64,000 nucleotides of DNA, from contig JBBIML010000013.1 of NCBI GenBank assembly GCA_037444405.1, positions 32,001 to 96,000 on the forward strand, written 5' to 3'. The notes under the pieces are model-generated. The model was not told the DNA's origin. It made no database searches and saw nothing but the letters and a program-made list of their open reading frames with translations. Position numbers and translations under genes: made by a program. Below, piece by piece: positions 58,198 through 64,000 of this stretch. This DNA comes from Armatimonadota bacterium. Its GTDB lineage: Bacteria > Armatimonadota > Fimbriimonadia > Fimbriimonadales > GBS-DC. Each line of letters begins with the position of its first letter. Position 1 is the stretch's first letter.

Positions 58198-60417
58198 TTA
58201 ATCAAAAAGGCTCGCCTGATTGCGCGTGTTGATCAGCGTCTGGGGCTTGGGAAACAGCCGATCAAAATCGGGGAACAGCTCCTCCAGTCGGCAGGCGAAC
58301 TTGTAGAGCTTTTCCACATAGTGTTCGCGGTCTTCGTCGCCTGCATACTCTTCCAGCAGTCCCAGCGAGCCGTCCTTGCGCCGATAGACATTGATGTAAT
58401 CGCCCACCTGAAAGCGTTTTGCCAGCTCATAAAGTGGGTGATGGCTCTGGCGGCTCTTTTCGGTGATGCGCTCGCGGCGGCACAGGTGTTCGATGGGCAG
58501 CTCGCCGTTCAGGATCGCGTTCGCGAGCCGCTTATACTCTTCTGCCACACGCTCCGGCTGACCCTGCAACAGCCACTGAATCGCCTGGCTGATAAACTCG
58601 CGCCCGAACCGCTCATCGGCACGCGAGCGCAGGGATGCGCCTTTGTAGATGAGCTTGCCGTCGTAGCCCAACAGCACATAGTTCTTGGTCTTGACCGATA
58701 GCATCGCCTGATAGCGCCCGTCATGCACAAGGCGGATGCCCTCGGGCAGTGTGCGGGCGACTTCGGCGATAAACGCCTGTTCCTGCTCTTCGGTTTCGAC
58801 CCCTTCGGGCGGCTGGAAGTAGACGCCATCGGTGTCGATCTCAATCACCTTACCGCCGCGCGCCTCAATCTCCGCCGCGATCTGCTTCACAATCTCCTGC
58901 CCCTTGAGAGTCACGGCTTCGGCGGCGTCGTAGTCGTTGAAGTGGAACGGCCCACCCAGGTAACCGTAATAGCTATTGATCAATATTTTAAACGAACCCT
59001 GTAAGCCGTCCCAGTAGGCAGATTCGAGTCCGGCGGCGGCTTTGGCGCGCGCTTTGGCGTCCAGTCGCAGCTCGCGCAGTTTCGCCAGCGTGGGCAGGAA
59101 CACATTCAGCGTGTCCGCGCTGGGCTTGATGCCGAACTGGAGCATCACGCTGGGGTAGAGGCTTTCCACATCGGCTTTCACCACGCGGTTAACCAGCCCG
59201 ACAACCCGCACTTCGGTGTAGCCACCCGGATACTCGCGCGGGGGTTGCGGCAGGGGGATGGCGTGTCGCGCCTGCAGGTAGGCGCGCACAAAGATCAGGT
59301 TCGCCTTCTCGCCTGTGCCGATGGTCGCCAGATTCTGCAGGGTGTCGGGCACCATCTGGCACTGATAGAACTCGGTGGGCAGGGTCAGCTCCGCCAGGCG
59401 GCGCGTCTCATGCACATCCTGCAGGCAATACTGGCGCACCGTGTCAGGGTCGGTCTGCCAGAGGTGCGGAATCTGCTCGCGCTCCAGATAGATGCGCTCC
59501 TCGAGGGCAAGCCCCAGGCTCTGCGCCGACTCTTTGAGACCGTAGCTTTCCAGCTCGCCGCGCCCGATGTCGAACCGCTGAACCGCCAGATAGGTATCCA
59601 GCAGGTGGCGTCCATGCACGAACGCGGGCTTGAAGGTACGGCTGTTGGCGCCGATAATGCAGCTGCGCGGTGCCCCCACCCGCAATACGGAGCCATCCCG
59701 ACCCAGCGCCAGCGGGATGCCATGATACTCCACGCGAGCCACCAGAAACGGGATGTCGAAGCCGAACAGATTGTGCCCCTCAATCACATCGGGGTCCAGC
59801 GACTGGATGCGCTCTACCAGTTGCTCCAGCATGGATGCCTCGTCGCCTTCCAGCAGCTCCTCATAGCCGCGATTGTCGCTGAGCGCGATCATCAGGATGC
59901 GGGCGCCCGGCTGGTCGGGCGTGAGCGTGCTGGTCTCGATGTCGAGCTGAACGCGGTGCAGGTCTTCAAACGCCATCCCCTTGAAAAGCGTTTTGCCGGT
60001 AATCATCAGGTACTGGCGGGCGAAGGAGCCGTAGATCAGCGTGGCGCGATGCTCCTCACGCAGGGCATCGCGCAGGCGTTCGAAGGCGTCGCGGTCGACA
60101 CAGCGGGCGAGATAGCACAGGGAGGGGCGCTCTCCGAAATCGCCGCGCAGCTCCTCCCACTCAACGCCGCGCATCGTGAGAGGCTGATCGCTCAGAAGCC
60201 AGGGCTGGAACGGCTCTTTCACGACGCGCAACCGTTCACCCTCGCGAATGTAAAGCCAGATGGCGCTGTCGACGGCTTCGACGGCAACGATGCGAGGTGT
60301 GGGATCACTGCCGAAGATGAGCGCGCCAACTGGCTCCGCTTCGGCAGCGGCAAGCGGCTCTGCAGATGGCTTCTCACCTGCGGACAGCGGTTCGTTGATC
60401 GGCAGCGTGCCCTGCAT
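58198..60417 (-). CDS. Family-B DNA polymerase with 3'-5' exonuclease
   Basis: Exo DIET, GHN..GFD, Y..QD; polymerase DVESLYPS, K...NSYYG, DTDG; tail QASLFD. Confidence 0.93.
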   Translation of the reverse strand: MQGTLPINEPLSAGEKPSAEPLAAAEAEPVGALIFGSDPTPRIVAVEAVDSAIWLYIREGERLRVVKEPFQPWLLSDQPLTMRGVEWEELRGDFGERPSLCYLARCVDRDAFERLRDALREEHRATLIYGSFARQYLMITGKTLFKGMAFEDLHRVQLDIETSTLTPDQPGARILMIALSDNRGYEELLEGDEASMLEQLVERIQSLDPDVIEGHNLFGFDIPFLVARVEYHGIPLALGRDGSVLRVGAPRSCIIGANSRTFKPAFVHGRHLLDTYLAVQRFDIGRGELESYGLKESAQSLGLALEERIYLEREQIPHLWQTDPDTVRQYCLQDVHETRRLAELTLPTEFYQCQMVPDTLQNLATIGTGEKANLIFVRAYLQARHAIPLPQPPREYPGGYTEVRVVGLVNRVVKADVESLYPSVMLQFGIKPSADTLNVFLPTLAKLRELRLDAKARAKAAAGLESAYWDGLQGSFKILINSYYGYLGGPFHFNDYDAAEAVTLKGQEIVKQIAAEIEARGGKVIEIDTDGVYFQPPEGVETEEQEQAFIAEVARTLPEGIRLVHDGRYQAMLSVKTKNYVLLGYDGKLIYKGASLRSRADERFGREFISQAIQWLLQGQPERVAEEYKRLANAILNGELPIEHLCRRERITEKSRQSHHPLYELAKRFQVGDYINVYRRKDGSLGLLEEYAGDEDREHYVEKLYKFACRLEELFPDFDRLFPKPQTLINTRNQASLFD

Positions 60418-60570
60418 ATAGCAATAATACCCGACCTGGTGGCTTACAGGCGGGCTACAAACTCATTTTGATTCTACCCCTGCGTGCCCCATCCACGCGT
60501 TGCAATCCCTCAAACGAACTCCCGCTCCCCTCCGGGTTGCGGGTTGGGGTGACAGGTGCAGGATGAGAAG

Positions 60571-60642
60571 CCCCCTCACCCGCACCCTCTACCCCTTCAG
60601 GGGGAGAGGGGCATTACCTGCCCTTCTCCCAACAGGGTGAGT
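60571..60642. repeat. CCCTCACCC..CCCTCT..AGAGGGG hairpin repeat with degenerate inverted partner
   Basis: Same family as the copies at 12551 and 52385. Confidence 0.55.
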
Positions 60643-60649
60643 GGAACGC

Positions 60650-62149
60650 TCAGCGCGTGTTAATGTGCAGCAGCAGCTGCTCCATGTCGAACGCGAGGTC
60701 GGCGTTCAGCGCTTTGCCCAGCAGCGATGCAGGCACCAGTATGCGACCGTTCACAATCTGCAACGACGCATCCAGCGGTACCGCTTCGCCGTTCAGCACC
60801 GCGCGATTGGCGCGCACATCCAGAACCAGCTGCTTTCCTGCCAGCTCGATGGTGGCGACTTTGCGCTGGTTATCCCAGCTCAGTTTGCCGCCTGCCTGCT
60901 CGAACACCTGACGGACGGCAATCAGCGGGATACCATTCTGCACGCGCGGCGCGACATCGAACACAACAGGGCGCGCGTCAAGCAGTACCTCGCAGTGGGT
61001 GATGGTGGCGGGCAGGCGTGTGCCGGGGGTGAGCGTCAGCCAGCTTGTGCGAGCGGGCGCTCGCACTGCAGGCGCGGGCGCCAGCGCGATGGAGGGCGTG
61101 GCGAGTTTCTGCCCGCGCATGCGCGGCGTCCCCTGTACGGAACGTAGCTGGCTCTGTGCTGCCATCGGCTCGGTGGGCACGCCCGTCGCGACAGGCGGCG
61201 CCGACTCGACAGGCGGAACGCTTAACCGACTGGCGTCGCCCGGCTGCGCTTCTGTCCGAGCCGCTCGATAGGATGCCGACGGCGGCTGGAGGGGTGTGGT
61301 GATGGTAAGCGCATCCTGGGGGGGCGCCATCGGTCGGCTCGCGCGTGGCTCCGAATCGGCTGTAGCGGGTGGGCGGCTCAAACGGCTCTCAACCAACGCC
61401 TGACCCATAACGGCTTCGGGCGTCCGCAGCGAACCCGTGCTGGAAGCGGGTGCGGGCGCAGGCAGCGCCAGCGTCGGTTCGTTCAATCCGACCTGCTCAT
61501 CCGACTGCGCGGGCAGTTGCCGCTCCGTGCGACCGCCGGGGTTTTTCACCAGCACGCGCGTCGGTGGCGACTTGAAGGTCTGCGTGCCGTCGAAGCTCCA
61601 CGCCTCGATGGTGTGCCAGCCGTTGCGCTCGCGCGTGGTGTCCCAATAATACACATAGGGCGGGTAGTTGCGCAGGGTGCGTACCTGCCCGTCCACAAAG
61701 AACGACACATAGGGGCGCGATTGACCGCTCACGCGCACCTCGATGGGCACCGTGCCCGCCACACTGGTGCCGTGGCGCGGGATGAGGATGGTGATGGGCG
61801 CAGTGGGGTCGGGTGTGAGTTCGATCGGACCGCGCAGAGTGGTCAGCAGTCGCCCGCGCAAGTCGTAGAGTTTGACCGTCGCCTCGTGGATGCCAGGCGG
61901 TAGCCCCGCGTTGCTCAGCTGAATCTGGAGCGTGCCGCGCGTTGTGCCCGCCAGCTGGCGCTGCGCCACCACCACGCCACCAATCTCCACCTCCACGGCG
62001 GCGGGCGCGACGCCCCGCACCTCCAGCGTCAGCGTATCAGGCGCACCGCGCACCAGCCGCACCATGCCCTGCGCGTCTGCAAGCGCCAGCGGCGACACGC
62101 TACCGAAAGCCAGCGCACTGTAAAACCATCGGCTCCGATTTGTTCCCAT
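60650..62149 (-). CDS. Secreted protein: Ig-like domain, Pro/Ala/Ser linker, C-terminal copper-amine-oxidase N-terminal (stalk) domain
   Basis: AAGGAGG RBS; signal peptide; PPY...WDTT..RNGWH; DVAP.VQNG.PLI..R.VFE..G..LSWD, NGR.LVP. Confidence 0.82.
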   Translation of the reverse strand: MGTNRSRWFYSALAFGSVSPLALADAQGMVRLVRGAPDTLTLEVRGVAPAAVEVEIGGVVVAQRQLAGTTRGTLQIQLSNAGLPPGIHEATVKLYDLRGRLLTTLRGPIELTPDPTAPITILIPRHGTSVAGTVPIEVRVSGQSRPYVSFFVDGQVRTLRNYPPYVYYWDTTRERNGWHTIEAWSFDGTQTFKSPPTRVLVKNPGGRTERQLPAQSDEQVGLNEPTLALPAPAPASSTGSLRTPEAVMGQALVESRLSRPPATADSEPRASRPMAPPQDALTITTPLQPPSASYRAARTEAQPGDASRLSVPPVESAPPVATGVPTEPMAAQSQLRSVQGTPRMRGQKLATPSIALAPAPAVRAPARTSWLTLTPGTRLPATITHCEVLLDARPVVFDVAPRVQNGIPLIAVRQVFEQAGGKLSWDNQRKVATIELAGKQLVLDVRANRAVLNGEAVPLDASLQIVNGRILVPASLLGKALNADLAFDMEQLLLHINTR

Positions 62150-62258
62150 CCATAGAACCTCCTTAATTGGTCGCACAACGAACCCGCTCGCCCGCCCCCC
62201 GAAAGAGCGCAGGCGAGGGGTCAATTGTACCCCCTGATGATTCTCACGAAATAGGGAG

Positions 62259-62285
62259 ATTCCCTGCCATCTACGCGATTCCTGC
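62259..62285 (-). promoter_or_regulatory. SigH-type promoter divergent from sigH
   Basis: GCAGGA-N17-GAATC. Confidence 0.55.
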
Positions 62286-62326
62286 CCTGAATCGGGTAAA
62301 ATCGGCGCGGAATCGCGCCTAAACCC

Positions 62327-62356
62327 TTGACTTTTCTGGCGTCAATCGTCTAAACT
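62327..62356 (+). promoter_or_regulatory. Candidate sigma-70 promoter of sigH
   Basis: TTGACT-N18-TAAACT. Confidence 0.5.
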
Positions 62357-62364
62357 ACTATCGT

Positions 62365-62497
62365 CCGCACGGGGAGCGAAGGATGAAGGCGTGGCATGGG
62401 CGGTTTAACAGGAAACAGAACCCCGCAGCGCTGTGGGCAGCTGGGGGGCATCCCTCCTTCACACCTCGCGCGGGCTTGTCCGTAGAACGAGCAGGCG
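62365..62497 (+). ncRNA. Candidate structured 5' leader of sigH
   Basis: 62365-62383 pairs with 62455-62473 (16 of 19 positions incl. one G-U); a second hairpin just before the RBS. Confidence 0.35.
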
Positions 62498-62513
62498 ATG
62501 GAGGGGACCAGTG

Positions 62514-63260
62514 ATGGAATACAATATGGCATCCGACGAGCTAATCTACTTCGACGAGACCGGGCTGTGTTTCAACCAGATGCAGGACGAGGAACTCGTG
62601 ATGTACGCCAAGCAGGGCTGTCAACGCGCCACCGAGATTCTGATCCGCCGCTACCGTTCCCTTGTGGAGAGCAAAGCACGCGCCTACTTCCTCATCGGCG
62701 CCGACCATGAGGATGTGGTGCAGGAGGGGCTGATCGGGCTTTACAAAGCCATTCGCGACTTCCGATTTGACCGAATCCCCTCGTTCCGACCCTTCGCAGA
62801 AATCTGCATCACCCGCCAGATTATCACCGCAGTTAAGACCGCCACCCGCCAGAAACATCAGCCCCTCAACGATTATGTGTCGCTGTATAGCCCGCTTCAG
62901 AACAACGGCGAGGAATCGGACAGCTGCCTGGTGGAGGTGCTGCCCGATGTGAACGCGCTCAATCCTGAGCAGTGGATTCTGGAGCGGCGCATTCCGCAGG
63001 CGGTGCTGCGCATGGTGCGCGAGTTGCTTAGCCCGCTCGAACTGCAGGTGCTGGACTGCTATCTGGACGGTCTATCGTATCGGGAGATGTCGGAGCGGCT
63101 CAATCGCCACACGAAGTGCATCGATAACGCTTTACAGCGCATCAAGAAGAAGCTCAAGCAGGTTTACGAAGATAATTATGGGGATTCGGAGGTGAGTTCG
63201 CGTCGCAAGCGGCGCACGCGAATCGCGCCCGAACTGGAAGACACCACCACCGCCCTATGA
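62514..63260 (+). CDS. sigH: RNA polymerase sigma-H (Spo0H-like) factor
   Basis: KARAYFLIGAD.EDVVQEGLIGLYKAIRDF, FAEICITRQIITAVKTATRQKH.PLN.YVSL, K.IDNALQRIKKKL. Confidence 0.93.
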   Translation: MEYNMASDELIYFDETGLCFNQMQDEELVMYAKQGCQRATEILIRRYRSLVESKARAYFLIGADHEDVVQEGLIGLYKAIRDFRFDRIPSFRPFAEICITRQIITAVKTATRQKHQPLNDYVSLYSPLQNNGEESDSCLVEVLPDVNALNPEQWILERRIPQAVLRMVRELLSPLELQVLDCYLDGLSYREMSERLNRHTKCIDNALQRIKKKLKQVYEDNYGDSEVSSRRKRRTRIAPELEDTTTAL

Positions 63261-64000
63261 GCCGTCTCCGCGTTGCTGAGTCGGATGTGCTGACGGTCGC
63301 CCGCGAGGTGCTGGAGATTGAGGCGACCGCCATCCTGCGCTTGCGGGAGCAGCTGGACGCCTCGTTCGAGCGAGCAGTGCAGGCATTACTGCGCTGTGAG
63401 GGGCGGCTGGTGCTGAGCGGCGTGGGCAAGTCGGGCGCAATTGCCCGCAAGCTGGCGGGCACTTTCAGCAGCACGGGCACACCCGCCATGTTTTTGCACC
63501 CGACCGAAGCCGCGCATGGCGACCTGGGCGCTGTCACCCCGCAGGATGTCGCCCTGCTGCTCTCCTACAGCGGTGAAACCGAGGAGCTGATCACGCTGTG
63601 CCCCGCCATCAAGCGCCTGCAGGTGTTCACGATGGTGATGACGGGTCGCCCCGATTCGACGCTGGGTCGCATGGCGGATCTGGTGCTGAATGTGGCGATT
63701 GAGCGGGAGGCGTGCCCGCACAATCTGGCGCCGACCGCCAGCACGACGGCGATGCTGGCGCTTGGCGACGCGCTCGCGCTCTCGGTGATGGTCGCGCGCG
63801 GCTTCACGCCCGACGACTTCGCGCTCAATCACCCTGCGGGCACGCTGGGCAGACGGCTGCTGCTGCGGGCATATGATGTGATGCGCACGGGCGACGCGCT
63901 CGCAATCGTGCATCAGAATGCCCCGTTGCGCGACGCGCTGTTCGCCATCACGAAAGCGGGCGCAGGCGCCGCATGTGTGGTCGACGATGAGGGCGTGATG
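63257..64000 (+). CDS. kdsD: KpsF/GutQ arabinose-5-phosphate isomerase (3' partial)
   Basis: Hand translation: MSRLRVAES..., GVGKSG.IARKLAGTFSSTGTPA.FLHPTEAAHGDLG, SYSGETEE, LAPTAST, HPAG.LG; absent from the ORF track because it runs off the window. Confidence 0.9.
   Translation, partial: MSRLRVAESDVLTVAREVLEIEATAILRLREQLDASFERAVQALLRCEGRLVLSGVGKSGAIARKLAGTFSSTGTPAMFLHPTEAAHGDLGAVTPQDVALLLSYSGETEELITLCPAIKRLQVFTMVMTGRPDSTLGRMADLVLNVAIEREACPHNLAPTASTTAMLALGDALALSVMVARGFTPDDFALNHPAGTLGRRLLLRAYDVMRTGDALAIVHQNAPLRDALFAITKAGAGAACVVDDEGVM

Overview
High-GC bacterial chromosomal window, densely coding and mostly housekeeping: tRNA-Leu(CAA), lysA, mtnP, rnc, ftsE, rpsT, ubiX, thyX, glmU-prs, cdsA, ECF sigma-bamA-skp, sepF-yggS-phoU-proS, upp, flgBC-fliEFG, argH, guaB, a family-B DNA polymerase, sigH and a partial kdsD. 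A diderm envelope (BamA, Skp) together with Firmicutes-like SigH/SepF, a PEP-CTERM protein and a dockerin-like C-terminal tail suggests Armatimonadota (Fimbriimonadia-like); this is inference only. There are two accessory patches: 10.9-13.3 kb (HAF/PEP-CTERM protein, REP-like repeats, VapBC) and 26.0-29.1 kb (divergent sigma-70-like gene with a G8 tract, a lower-GC Cys-rich secreted protein plus secreted partner, a HicB remnant, a DUF433/PIN pair). The strongest non-obvious signals are regulatory. (1) Five intergenic GCAGGA-N17/18-GAATC sites matching the SigH promoter consensus lie just upstream of genes, one of them the accessory sigma-like gene, suggesting a SigH -> cassette sigma -> secreted Cys-rich protein cascade. 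(2) A pervasive GG(G)TAnnnT -10 element sits 6-9 nt before SD-less start codons (candidate leaderless mRNAs). (3) The sigH leader can form a long stem, and there are candidate ECF and sigma-28 promoters. No CRISPR array, rRNA, transposase or integrase was seen. All calls were made by eye, without database searches.
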